From NCBI GenBank assembly GCA_964658305.1, contig OZ210886.1:248001-312000 (forward strand): 64,000 nt of DNA, written 5' to 3'. The notes under the pieces are model-generated. The model was given only the letters and a program-made list of their open reading frames with translations. It did not search any database and was not told the DNA's origin. Shown piece after piece: positions 1 to 13,900 of the stretch. Made by a program: the position numbers and the translations under genes. The stretch comes from Leptogorgia sarmentosa (taxonomy: Eukaryota). Position 1 is the first letter of the stretch; every line of letters begins with the position of its first letter.

Positions 1-3000
1 TAAAGGAAAAGTTTGCAATTTTTGATAGATTCATTTGTGTAGCATAAGATTGATGAATATGTTGTCGATACTTTCGTTTCGTTTCGCTATTCTGATCTTT
101 AAGCTGAAGATAAATTGAGTATTTAACGAATTCAAAAGATGTAATAACTGTTTCTTAAAGATAGTGCACATTTCATTCAGGGCATGGGCAGCGCGCGTTT
201 TATTTTGAGGAATTTCCACACTCAGCTAGCACTAATATAATGATAGTTAGGCCTGAAACAGTTTTCATATTCAGGAAATTTAGGTACACATTTGGTGTGT
301 TTCTAATGGGTTAACCCACTCCCCCCGTCGTGACGCAAAATGTGGAATGTTAATGAGTTTGCAACACTTTGTCCTTCTCCCTGCCGGCCGTTCCAATATC
401 TGAATCCAGTAAACTTATAAGATCATTGGTAATTTTAGTTTTTTGTCCCCTGTATGTGGTAAATGCGGGCCACAATGCGCCATTCCTCAAATTCCCAGGA
501 CGCTCTTCATTTGCATAATTCGCGTATTTTACACGTCATCATGTGTGAAATCAAATATTTTGAGCCAAAAAAAGAACTGCTCAGACCGGCGGCGCCTCAC
601 GATGTGATGCATATGCTATACCAGCTTCTTTCCCTGCTTATCATTTCAATTCTGTCCTGCATGCTGCAATTGCGAATTATCAAATAATATTGACGAAAAA
701 TGCTGGATGTCTAACATTTTTTAAAGGATTATAGTGCAAAGTAACTGTAAGTTCGTTTGGGGACAGACAGAAACCAGTATAGAACAGTTTTGTTAAAAAA
801 CACGATCCAAATTGTGATAATAACACTGTGGTGTTCAAAATTATGCAGCTATATAGTGCAGTGATGTTTACGCACTCAGTGATAACATCAGTTCAGTAAT
901 TTCAATTCAGTTTTTGAGTTAAATTGGACCGTGCGTCTCATCATAATGATCTTTCTTTATGCAAGAAAATATCACCTGGTCTCGGCATAGATTATGCAGA
1001 TAATATTAAGCGTTTGGGATGTTTTTTAAGGAAACAATGATTGTTAGGAACAAAACACCTGCTTAAACGTTTACACATACCTTGCATGCGCATACCAGGC
1101 AAATGCGCATTGACATGCGATATTGTCTTGTTTTGGTTTTGCTCATATCTGTCCTCACGACATTAATATCGCTCCTCCGTATTGCAAGCCGGACGCATGT
1201 AAAGATGGATTAAATACAACAAAGAAATGAACGCATACATGCATGCATGCAATAGTATTTATTCTGCCAATATTGAGAATCATTGGATTTGCCACCTGAT
1301 TAGTCATTCACTGTATGACGACCAGCCTATATGAATCGATGTCTTCTCAGAATGAATTCCAAACCTATCTCAGAAAATTGTGGATCGTGCCTAAAGACAC
1401 TTAGTTCAGCTTCTCAATCTATACCTACCTTAATCAACATATCTTAAATGCTTACTTCGCGTGCCACGGGTATATATGAAATTATGGAGAATCTTCATTA
1501 TGATAGAACGAACTAATAGGCTAATAGATGTAAGAACAGCTGTTCTATTCATTTTCTAGTATCGACTTCCCAGTTCTTAGATTTTAATCGGTATATTGTC
1601 TAATCTTGGGGTGTGGCATGACATGATGTGGTTGACCCTTCAATTATTCCACCCAAATTCTTTACTAAATTGCCAAGTGTATGGAAAAAACAGCACAATT
1701 TTAATATCAGCCTGATCTCTTATTAATTTTCTGCATCTTTTCTATTTATTCCCTCTGAACCAACCAGTAAAATATAAACGGGAAGTTCGATGTTTTATTT
1801 TTTTAAGGTTACACTTTTGTAAACACAATAAATTAATTAGCTTCACCCGCTATCTTCCCGAGCTGCTGCGTTATTGCAATATCAGTATGCCGTGTCTTGA
1901 TAACTTTGCTTATCTGATATAGAATGATACTATACAAAACTAGTATGTAATGTAGCTACAAATGCGTAGGGCATTTTTCTAAATTTTATGGTGCAATTTG
2001 TTTTCATGTTAAGGGTGTAACTCGGTTCTCTGAATTTCAAGGCCTTTTCACCATGAGGAGTGTTTTGCCATCTTCTCTGCTAAATTTACGCCTTGGAAAA
2101 CGCTCATAGGTCATAGGGTTTTGTTATTTTTAGGCTGTAGTGGGATTTGTAACTTGGGAGGGTTCCATATCTTCCTAAACAATAAATTAGAATTTGGGAC
2201 ATGGTTCTCTAAACAATATTATATACCTTGTGTGTCAATTAGAAGCTATGTATATAATAGTGTAGAAGGGTTAAGGTGCTTCAATAAGAGTGGAAATTAT
2301 ATACATGCCGGAATTTAAATCCTTCAGAAAATTTTGTCGACATTGAGTGAAGTTCTAAAAAGTCATATCGTATAATATTAGTCAATTTGTGAGATTATTT
2401 CTGGTCTGTACCTCCAATGATATGATTATATTCTCTTATACTAGCCGATCGAAGATGAACATGATTAATTGACCTGTCAGCAAAATTTTTCTTTTCATAA
2501 AATGTTAAGATATGAGATGATACTCGAAGATATTGCTAGCTTCAATTGGCCTATGAGTTACCATCAGGACTTTTTGTCTACACCTTGCTATCTTTTCAAA
2601 GACCGCGCCACACAAATAGCATGCTGGATTGCGACAGTTGTCTACACTCACATAACTGATAAACTGAAATTACTGGAACCTTTCAAAATCATGCGCATGT
2701 TAAGGCAGTGTACTCGGTAACTAAAGATTCTAAACTATCCAGCAACCAACAACCGGAACCCCGCAACCACAATCTAGTTTGGCGCAGTCGGCAGTTCATT
2801 GTAGCCTTTGAGTTAATAGCATTACATGTCTTACGAAATCATTTGATAAAGAGCTGACTTTATCGTCATCCTGACCGTCTATATTATCTTTCATCTTCTA
2901 TGCAAGCACTGTTTGTGAAAGAAGATTGAAATTCAATAATTTTTCAATCTTTGAGAAGACAGTTGGTGAGCGGTTGTTGTACTATTGCTTCTCAGTTGGT

Positions 3001-6000
3001 CAAATAATTGCCCTAAAGGTATGTTTTTAAAAGAGAGATGGAAATATCTTTTGCGGTTAAAAATCATTATCTCGTATGTTTTCAGTCCTACAACAATAAT
3101 ATACAATCTTCGAATGTGAGGTCATGTGCCTGTTGATAGACCCGAGTGTTCTGTGGTCGGAAAGCCCCGTCAGAACCTGCAGGGGTGAATATTGGTCGAT
3201 CTTATTCCGGTGGGAAATTTCAAAAATATTTTGGCTACAACACGTTGCTTTTCAAGGTCACGTTTTGTCTGAAATACTTTCTTTGCGGACAAATTCAGGA
3301 AGAAACTTAAGCCTCAAGAATGCAGCTAGAAATGCATGGCATTTCGAAATTCGAAATCAAATTATTACATGGAGGATACTCCCATGCAGACTCTAACATA
3401 GTTTCTAACATCTGCTGCTTCTGCGATTCTTTATTCTTTGCTGACAAATATTTGCTTACAATAATTTGCTTTGCTTAATGTTTTCCCAAAGTCCTATAAT
3501 GACACTAATCGAATGAGGACGGTAAATTTTAAAGAGTGTCTAGACTTTTGGCTTTTACGTCAGAGGTTCAATGCCACCCTCCAAAACCAAAGTAATATGA
3601 AACCATTAACCATGCCTTAATACCACTAAACCGCGGATTATGCAAAACAGGAAGTAATATGGCTTCTTGGAATTCTTTAAGATCGACTTCTTGTATTTCA
3701 TGTACAAAAATGGTAGTGTTTTTAGGTTTAAATGAAGTGTATATAAATATGTCGAATCTCCTCTTTTAAAAACGGATATTTTTGGATAGTGCAAGATGAC
3801 ACCATATTTAAGTATCATGCAGTTTATATGTAGGCTAGAATATGGCAAATATGTTCAGCACTCTATTTTTTATGCCTGCTTAGTGTAGGTATTAAGAATC
3901 TATCATTTCTTCTTAACAACAAGATAATACGTCACGTGGACGGTTAGTTTCGCAAGCTCAAACTAATGCTATTATTTGCATTTTACCATTCTGTTCTAGT
4001 ATACAAATAAACAGAAAATACAAAGTTTAAATGTAACTACTTGACTCATGAGGAAAACAAGAGATTATACGATCTTCAATAAACAGTCATTTTGACTGAC
4101 AGGAAACGTGAGATTTACAATTTAAACATTCGGCCAGTGTTATAGTATGCATCACTCGTGTGCGTAGGATGTCCAGATTATTTATTTCATTACTGGTTTG
4201 ATCATACCATTGCAAATTCAGTTTTTTAAAAGTATTATAAATTTCATATTAGAGTTTTGGAAGTTCAATTAATTAAGGTAACCAGAAAAATCTTTTCTTT
4301 AAACATATTTTGCTCATCATATATACTGAAACTTTGCATGTGTATGTTGATATTTAGTTTGTATCTTTACAAAACCTTTTCATTTTTCACGTTTTCCAAT
4401 GGAAATTCTTTCTATTACTAAAAAGTACGCAAAATGCCAATTCAACTTGGGCCACCTGGGCGTGGTGAATACAGGAGGCTAACAAATACAGTGAGCACTT
4501 TCAATGATCTACAAATAACTGCCTTGAATAATGGTCTTCAAATATTTATGTTGTTCACACTTTTTTGTTTGTTTAAAACATTAGTGCGGCATCCTTCCAT
4601 GTATAGTCACTCTATTCATTATAGGGTGGTGAACTCTTTCGGTCCCATCAAGCGATTTTCTGCATGCCTTTTAATGATAATACCTGTCTTAATTAATCAG
4701 TTCAAATATTTATTTGCATACCTATTTTATTATCGACCTAGAGGTAATTGTATCCTATATGTCAAAATTTGACCACCCATCTTCAAATACAGAAGTGAAA
4801 ATAAGTAGATATTTTTCGGGTTTATATTTCGATTCTTGCTGTGAAATAGTTCTCTGTTTTTGTGTTGTTCTAGAATTTTGAAATAAAGTGTGAAAATATT
4901 TGGATAGTTTCTTTTCAAGAGATCGTTATGACCGCTTTGTTTACAAATATCTTGATCAGTTTGAGCAGATTTGTGTACGACGTAATGGGCTTATCTCTGT
5001 ACGTCAGATAGGCTTACTGAAGGATTTTTCTCCAGTTTCATAATTTTTCTCACTAAACGTTAAATTCATGCCTCAAGGAATTCTGGATTTCATCATTCAA
5101 CTTTTATTACGCACGGACCTTCCGGCAATATGTGCTTTGACCAAAATTTTATTGAACCGTATTTTGGCTGATGTGTTTGTCAGAGCACAAGCCACGATGG
5201 AAAAGCTATTGTCAAAGCTTATCTTTTGTGTAGATATTTGTGTCGTTATCATCTGCTTTTGGCATTAATTGAGCTGCCTGAGACAAGTTAGTTGCGATAA
5301 AAGCGAGCGAAATGCCTACCGGCTTCATTTTGAAGCAGACTGAAGCATACAGCTGGGTTGTTTGTGCCAAGACAACGAGTTGCACAGGCTAGAAAGTTTG
5401 GAACAATTTGAAACTTTGTAAGTTGTATGTAGTACCTGTAGGTGGGTCTCATAAATAAAGAGTATTACATCTCCATTTTGATAGCAGCTCAATATCCACG
5501 TAGGTGTAATCCAGCCTTCCAGTAAAAACTAGATTGAGCCGTAAGCCGTTGAAGTTTATGTGGTTTTTGGTTATTGTGGTATAGTGGATTAAGTCTGTTG
5601 TTCTTCAAATTTCCGTTAGACTGAACTTGGGACGCGCGTGTCATTTAATTTGAAAAGCTGATTTGCAATTTGTGCGGTGTCAAATTATGCGCGCATCTAC
5701 ACCACATATAAGATAAATCTATTGGTACAGCTATGGTGAAAATCAACGAGAATGCCATATTTAGCCGCGATCTTGCGTTGTTTACAGCCTTTAGAAACTA
5801 AACATCCTTTTGTCTCATGATGTTTTATTTGTTCTTGTTTTCAATGTCCTGAAGTAATTGCAACTTTGAGCTTCTGCCAACTACACCAAAACGTCTTATC
5901 TTTGGCGATCAGTTGAATAAGTACCTCGCCTTGAATATCGAGATTTGCTCGTTAGAATAAGGATAAGTATAAATAGGCAATATGACATTTTCCTCAAGGT

Positions 6001-9000
6001 ACATTTATGCAATACTAAGCATGCGCGTTGCGCATCTTAAAACAGTTACCATAAGTGGTTTGGTTAACTTTCTACATATCTTTGGTGCGCCAAGCCCTAA
6101 TAAACGTGACCCCCAAAGCTTGCGCAACATAAATCAGTTCTATCCCTATCATTGCGATGACTTCATTTTAATGCGTAGGTCTCGCACGTGGGGCTAATAT
6201 CATGGGTAGTATGTTCTGGAACAAACTTGTGCCTATAAATATACCTGTTGAAGATTATAATGACTTCCACATTCTAAGGTTATAAGCCCATATTCATGAT
6301 TTCCATTTCCAAGAAGCCCATATTCTTGAATACATGCACTGCTTTCAATATTATTTATACGTGAAATGTAGCTGTTATATACAGCCCTAAAAAGTCCTGG
6401 ATTTATATAAGGTGTATTTAATGGGTTGGCTAACTGCTGTGTTGGTCTACTGGTTCTCCCCTGTGGTTTTGATGACTCTATTTAAATATTTAAAAAAAAC
6501 TAGAGAATGATGTGTTATATTTTGATTTCGCACGCATATGTTATTGCCGCCTATATCCTCTAGTGTTGCCAGGTGCGTTTTTAAAACCTCAAAACATTTG
6601 AAGTACTATTAAGAGGCGAAGACGTTTAGATTTGATTTTTGCCATATTCCAACGGTTCACATTTCTGTAAATGTCTAGTCGTTTAAATTACGACAATGCT
6701 TTTAACGCTCATGAGCATTTACACCTACCTGCGCTGACATGTGAACGATTGACGATTAATTTGTTAGCTAGTGGAGCCGCGTTTTATTACTCCATAACTT
6801 TGATGAGCCCATTTGGCTGCGAGCTACTGATAAGAGCACTTGGACCAGAAAAAGTGATCGTGCAATGCTGAAGTTAATATTGATTGTGTTTAAGACTGCG
6901 TGTTTAGCTTTGCACTACGCAGTGTGAACTTCGCCCTGACCCCGGATTTTGGTTTGTTTTCTGTTCGACAAACGGAAACAGGAGTGTCAATTGTTTTCAT
7001 CGACGACAACTGGATTCTTTGCCACTTCTTTTTACTGCTTGTGAACATTGTAGTCTGACAGGCTGCACGCGCTGTTCATACACAACAGTCGACATCAAAA
7101 GAATTTCTTAATTAAAACGCGAGCAATCTTTCTTAAATATTTTATCTCAGGACTTGGCACTCACGTCATCGGGTCTTGTCGAGTATTAGCTGAAACTTTG
7201 GTAATCTTGCCGTTACCCCAGTGACCCTAACATTATTCATATCGACCGTTCCCTGTCCAAGAGTATCACACGTAGCGGTAAGTACATATTTTGTAACTCT
7301 ATGATTATTGCCAGACAAAAAGGTCAATTTCATTAAGTTTGTTATAGTTGGAGTATTTACTGTGGCGCCAGGATCAATCTTTTAACATCAGGCAAAACCA
7401 TTGGTGCACCACAGGCTTGATTGAACCCTGTTTGACAACATAAGGAAAACAATTATTGCTATTCAAATAAACCCCGACAGAGCGCCAGGCGGACCAAACT
7501 TGCTTGACGCATTTGCGCAAAGGTGCGTTAGGAATGAGCGCACTCACCTGGTATTTTTAAACGCAATTTATTCACACGCAAATCTTTCTCATTCAGTACA
7601 AGGACACTAATCTAACTTATTTGCGCAGTTGTGACAGTTCATTGCGGCGGATCTTTGATAGTTGCCTGGTAACATCCACTGCGCATTAATTATTACTGAC
7701 ATTTCTTTCAAAGAAAACGCAAAGTTTGCGAAATAAACGCTCCTTTATGTCTGGAGTGCTCTATCAATGACAGATCTCCTTGGTTTATTTGATCATACAG
7801 GGACCACCATTCAGTTCATCGATCAAACGACATTCTAAATTACCTAATCAGACTCACTCTCAATTAACCAGTTACTATTTAGGCTGAGCAATGCGCCTTA
7901 AGTGTTGTTTTAGTTATGATTTAAATGTTCGTAATGTTTTGGTAATCCCAAACAAAACAATTTATACAACGGTTTGTGTTTTAACGGTTCGGATTTGTTG
8001 AAATATTTCCTCGGAATGTTCGTAGTATGAAATCTGACCACGTGTATACTGTACATATGATATTGTGGCTTCCTGCTGAGTATGTTGTAGACTGCAGACA
8101 TATATTCTTGTTGATATCATTGCTTGCTCATAGACTCTCATAGTACACTCTTTAAAATGTTAAAATTTCGTACTGAATATGTGATATAGAGTACAGTACA
8201 AAGTAGTACATTTGAAAACTTTATATGCAGACGAATGATTGCATGAACACTTCGAACAATGTTTATGAGAACAAGAAATTTATTTTATATGTTATATGCA
8301 TATTCGCGAGTTATCGAGTAACTATAGTCTATAATCTATGTCATATTAGATTAGTTGCTTTCACTGATCACTTTTTAACTTGTAACTATTTTCCCTTGTT
8401 GCACTGCAGTATCTACACGTCACATAATATTCCTGGTATTCTCTCAATTATAGATTATGCACGAATTTGCAATGTGGCCAAAACCTGTTTAATAATAACT
8501 GTGTAAACTGTGCTATCCGTCATTAATACGTACATCAAATTAACGTCATGTTATGAAATCTGCTCACAACGGATTAATGTTTGCGGAAAAGTAAACATTG
8601 TTGAGCGAACCTATATATATACGTGTACTTTTAAACTATTATTAAGATCACTTGAAACCTCATGTGTTTTTTCATCAACCGCGCATGGCTTTAGGCTATT
8701 TAATAAAAATATCTCACTTTTAAGTTCCTAATTATATTTCGGCTTCCACTTTGCTTGCTAGCCATATAAAGAGTAATGAGTGTCCTTTCCAAAAAATCCT
8801 TAAAAACTTTGACACTCATGGTGGTAGTTGTCAATCAGTAGGAAAAGATCATAGTGAGATTTTTATGTTTTTTGTTTAATTAAAAACTACAAAATTATAC
8901 TGTTCAATGTCAAAAAGACGTCAAAATACTGTTGTTAAAGGATAATCCAAATAAAAATATTTACATTTATAATAGACCAGGTGCATCCTTTTCTAGATTT

Positions 9001-9091
9001 TCGAGTGTTGCAAAAAAGTAGTAGCTACCAATGTTTGTTGTAAATAATGTTATACAAATGTCTGTAAAGGAGGCATCGAAGTGATCGAACC

Positions 9092-9403
9092 CAGGGCCGG
9101 ATCAACGTTTTGTGGGGCCCGTGGCTTCCAATTTTTGTGTTTTTAAAAATGTGCTGTGATCAATACTGGAGTTTTGCGAAGCAAAAACCTCACTCTACAT
9201 CACCATGGTTGTCGCAGAGTGAGAAAATTTTGAACATTTACAACTTCTAGATCGCCGGAAACGGCTATTTCATGATCGGATCCAAAGAAAATTTGTTTGA
9301 TCAATTTTTATACTTTAACAAACATCGAAAAGATCGCGCTAGGCTCCTAAAGCGCGGGGCCCGTGGCAAAAGCCACCTCAGCCATATGGTTAATTCGTCC
9401 CTG
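9092..9403. mobile_element. Non-autonomous hAT-like element (MITE), ~312 bp
   Basis: Starts CAGGGCCGGAT and ends ATTCGTCCCTG (imperfect TIRs). Flanked by 8-bp near-identical direct repeats ATCGAACC (9084-9091) and ATCAAACC (9404-9411). 8-bp TSD with CAG...CTG ends is typical of hAT elements. Confidence 0.75.
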
Positions 9404-10299
9404 ATCAAACCTCGTTTTCATGCTATCATGTTTATCATGCTGCGGCTTGGATTTGGGCTACAGGGCAGCAGGTTATATATTTATTGTAATTATCAGGTAT
9501 TTAAAGTAGGATCGATTTCACCATTCGGTTACAAAAGATAGCCAGTGTTATTCTGTTGTCAACTATATTAGGTACTTTTTTGGTATATTATTGGGCTTCA
9601 TAGTCATTGATGATCCCAGTTTTGGTATGGTACACCTCCTTTTAGAGGCGCAACGAAAATTGCAGGGCAACAAATTGTTGCGGCTTCTCTGATATTAGAT
9701 ATTATATATACCCCATGCAGGGATTCCAAATTTTCATTATAAAGCAACGTTCATTAAATGGAGGAAACATGCAATTAAACATAGTATGGAAAGCTTCTTG
9801 TTTATCAGTAAAATAATCCATATGTTATTGCATGTTGTTGCATTTTTCAAATTTATAATGACCGTACAGATTAGAGGCATTTGAACAGCGATGCAAAATG
9901 TTCATGAAACGATCCTGCCACCATTTTTTTATTTTTCCACCTGTATATTATACGTTAGTGATCGTAGCGTGCAAGCAAGGTGCGACTTCATTATCAGGGC
10001 ATATGTGCGGTAGATTTTCTGATTCTAGTACTGATTTCCAGTAAGTCTCGGCCAGTAGTCTCGACTTGCGATAATCAACAACAAATGTTTTAAATATATA
10101 TGCGTAACATATGCTTTAGCTCAATGAAAATTGCTCACTGTTGTTTTAATTTAATTTATTACGGCTTGATTTTGTCAATAAATACCATAACCCATTTCAT
10201 CAATATCGCACCATATTGGGTCGCAGTGCATCATGGGAATTGATCATTTTCTATATCCAAAGACTCACCAAAAGGTAGAGTAGGTAGTAGATAAAAATA

Positions 10300-10987
10300 T
10301 TAAGGACTTATTAACCGAGTGCGAGGTCTGTACGGGAAAGTATTGCCTGAGGGTTTTCGTACAGACCGAGCGACGAAGGAGCGAGGTCTGTGCGTTAAAA
10401 ACCGAAGGCAATACTTTCCCGTACAGACAGAGCAAATGAGGTTAATAAGGGATTTATTATATGGCTTTGTTCGATCGCAATTTGTTCTGACATTGTAGAA
10501 AGAACTAGAAAACACTTTCGCTGCTGTAACGTTCAGTCGTATACACTGGCATACTGAATGGCGGTTTCTGGCCGTTCACTGCTGTACAACAACAAAACAA
10601 TAAAAATACAACAAAGGAAAAAATTGAATAAAAAATATAATGTAAATGTCGTGATAAACAACAAACGTTCGATGCGAAATGAAGCCATTAAGTGTTGTGA
10701 AAACAATGTACGTTCGCAACAGTTTTCGAACTGTTGTTTTGTTCGCTGTTATTTTCACTTTAAAACTCAGCATTTTGGGTCGTGTGTTTTTCTGGGACAG
10801 TAAAATTCAATCGGGAGTGTTCTTCATCGTCACGGTACGGCATAATAAGATTTAGTTTCCTTAAAAATTTTATTTGTACAATAGTTTCACGAGCGGGCAA
10901 GATGACTTCCCTGAGCGGGCAAGATGACTTTTTCCGGACCGCTAATCAACCAATCAGCGTGCGGCATTTATGTCAGCCATATAATAA
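10300..10987. mobile_element. Non-autonomous inverted-repeat element with internal hairpin
   Basis: Perfect 23-bp inverted pair GTCTGTACGGGAAAGTATTGCCT (10326-10348) / AGGCAATACTTTCCCGTACAGAC (10406-10428). 13-bp inverted pair TTATTATATGGCT (10454-10466) / AGCCATATAATAA (10975-10987). Internal direct repeat GAGCGGGCAAGATGACTT x2. No coding capacity. Confidence 0.6.
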
Positions 10988-10998
10988 TATTCGTTAAA

Positions 10999-13900
10999 TT
11001 AACATGAGCATACAGGGATGTTGAAAAGTTAATTTCCTCTGGTCTGACGTCGCATAGCTAAATATCCGAGAGAGGAAAAAACCTAACCTTAATTCGCCGA
11101 ATAACTGAAAAATGCTTTCAATAGATCTCTGCATCTGCGATGTTATCGTTGAACTTTTCACTCGCTGTGTGTGTTTTTTGAAAAAACACCTTTTTCACCA
11201 GACACTCAACCACTCACTCACCCGCATATATTGTCAGTGTAGAATTATGTAACCTGATCACAACTGGAAATGTTAGAAAAATATTTTGAAAGTAGTTACA
11301 CACAAGTACACAACAAACCCAACTAATCTTACTCGAACAGAAAATTGGCATGATTCAATTGTCTTTGATATTTTCTGCTTTGGCGCGTAGGTTTGGTTAT
11401 GTCAGTATTTGAGTGTGATTATAATAAGCCGTAGGATTAAATTAAAGAGCTTTTAGTAAGAATAATTACGTGTAATTTCTTTCCTATACGCGTGAATTTT
11501 GTCGTGGAATCAATATTGATCAATTTTGTTACAAGAACATTTTGGTTATGTGTTATTATACCTTCATGGCCCATGGCGTAATTCTAATATACACATAGGG
11601 GTATTAAACCACGGCCATAGCTGATCTGAGCTGAACTGGATTTACTGGGACTTTAATTACGCCTGTTAATAAGAGTTATTTATTGGTTAATTAACTAATT
11701 AATTGGTTTGTCTAATTAGATCATTATTAATTTAATTATTAATATTCAATTGGAGTAAGTAATATTTGATTAGTCCGTTTAATTTTCCTCCAGCAACAAT
11801 AAAAAATTCTAATTTACTGTTAGTATTTTTCCAATAGTTAATCACGATTAAAGGTAGTTCCTGTTCTGACCTTAATTGAACATTAATTTTTTTGGTATTT
11901 GTTTTCATGAATTATTAACTCTTATGTGATAATGCATGTAAAGTGGTTATTCCCTGACAACTTTCGTCCTAGGCACGGATTAAAGTACATTTTTAATCTG
12001 TGACTTGGGGCATGAAAAGGTTGGGTCTTCAGGTGGTCTTGGGAACCATAAAGCTAAAAATGTAATGTGATATTTTTCTAGACTTTCTGTTGAGTGAATT
12101 AGTCCTGCATAAAGATATAAAAGTCATGCAGCGCGACACATCATGTTCTTGTTAGAGCATGATTGTTACTAATACATAACGTGCGCGCACATATGCGTTT
12201 GTCAGCAACAATTTATATCAGAATACCATATCGGGAAAGCTGATGCGAGAATACTTACATTACATTTCACAAGAACTGCCGAAATGTTAAATTGTTTTTA
12301 CTAATTATCGCGGTTTTGCGATAGCTTAACACAACAACAATCGGTTGAAAATCTGTTTACACCCTAAGTGTGCAAATATCAACAGAGAATCTACTTATTT
12401 CTAATGGTATTTCTTGTGATTCTCGGTATACAAAAATACCTCTGATATTTATATTTTGGCATACTTTCAAAAACACTGCACATAACCCTGATTGATGGTG
12501 TTCAATAATTAAACATGGGTTGTTGTTGGACTAGAAATGTAATATAATGCAAAAAGAAAAAGAGTGTTGAAAATCGACATAACAACACAAAATCCCAAAT
12601 GGGTAATCTATATACAAATTACAAAAGAAACGTGAAATATTTCTTTAGAAATTGTTTTGAACATAAGTGATAGTCATGATTTTTGCAGCAATTGTCATGA
12701 ATGAGCAAAAAAAAACACAATATTGGGTTTATTTGTGTTAGTCTAAAAACGTTATTCCCTTTCCTAGCCTGCAATTCTTTGGGAGGAGTTCTGACCTTTA
12801 ACATGATCGTTAACATGAGCATACAGGGATGTTGAAAAGTTAATTTCCTCTGGTCTGACGTCGCATAGCTAAATATCTGAGAGAGGAAAAAACCTAACCT
12901 TAATTCGCCGACTAACTGAAAAATGCTTTCAATAGATCTCATAAGCATCTGCGATGTTATCGTTGAACTTTTCACTCGCTGTGTGTGTTTTTTGAAAAAA
13001 CACCTTTTTCACCAGACACTCAACCACTCACTCACCCACATATATTGTCAGTGTAGAATTATGTAACCTGATCATAACTGGAAATTTTAGAAAAATATTT
13101 TGAAAGTAGTTACACACAAGTACACAACAAACCCAACTAATCTTACTCGAACAGAAAATTGGCATGATTCAATTGTCTTTGATATTTTCTGCTTTGGCGC
13201 GTAGGTTTGGTTATGTCAGTATTTGAGTGTGATTATAATAAGCCGTAGGATTAAATTAAAGAGCTTTTAGTAAGAATAATTACGTGTAATTTCTTTCCTA
13301 TACGCGTGAATTTTGTCGTGGAATCAATGTAGATCAATTTTGTTACAAGAACATTTTGGTTATGTGTTACTATACCTTCATGGCCCATGGCGTAATTCTA
13401 ATATACACATAGGTGTAAACCACGGCCATAGCTGATCTGAGCTGAACTGGATTTACTGAGACTTTAATTACGCCTGTTAATAAGAGTTATTTATTGGTTA
13501 ATTAACTAATTAATTGGTTTGTCTAATTAGATCATTATTTATTTAATTATTAATATTCAATTGGAGTAAATTAGTTTAACCCAAAGTAATAATATTTGAT
13601 TAGTCCGTTTAATTTTCCTCCAGCAACAATAAAAAATTCTAATTTACTGTTAGTATTTTTCCAATAGTTAATCACGATTAAAGGTAGTTCCTGTTCTGAC
13701 CACTCATGGCAAAAAAAACAGTCATCAAGTCGGAGAACTAAAAATAATTCCTTCAGCCTGGAAGAATGAATTTTTTAACGTTAAAAAAATAATCTTTTTA
13801 AATCTCTGCAAAGATTTTTCATTAAAACTGTTATAGACGTGGTGTAGTGGGTTGAAGGAATGAGTGGTTGTAAGTGATGAATAATTTGTTGACGTACTCG

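Noticed and set aside
2400..5400. Coding-like fragments on both strands
   Set aside because: All frames I read are interrupted by stops and no domain was recognisable. Possibly decayed transposon sequence, but unsupported.
12619..12975. 118-aa minus-strand ORF
   Set aside because: Spans the duplication junction, has a non-ATG start and shows no protein features.
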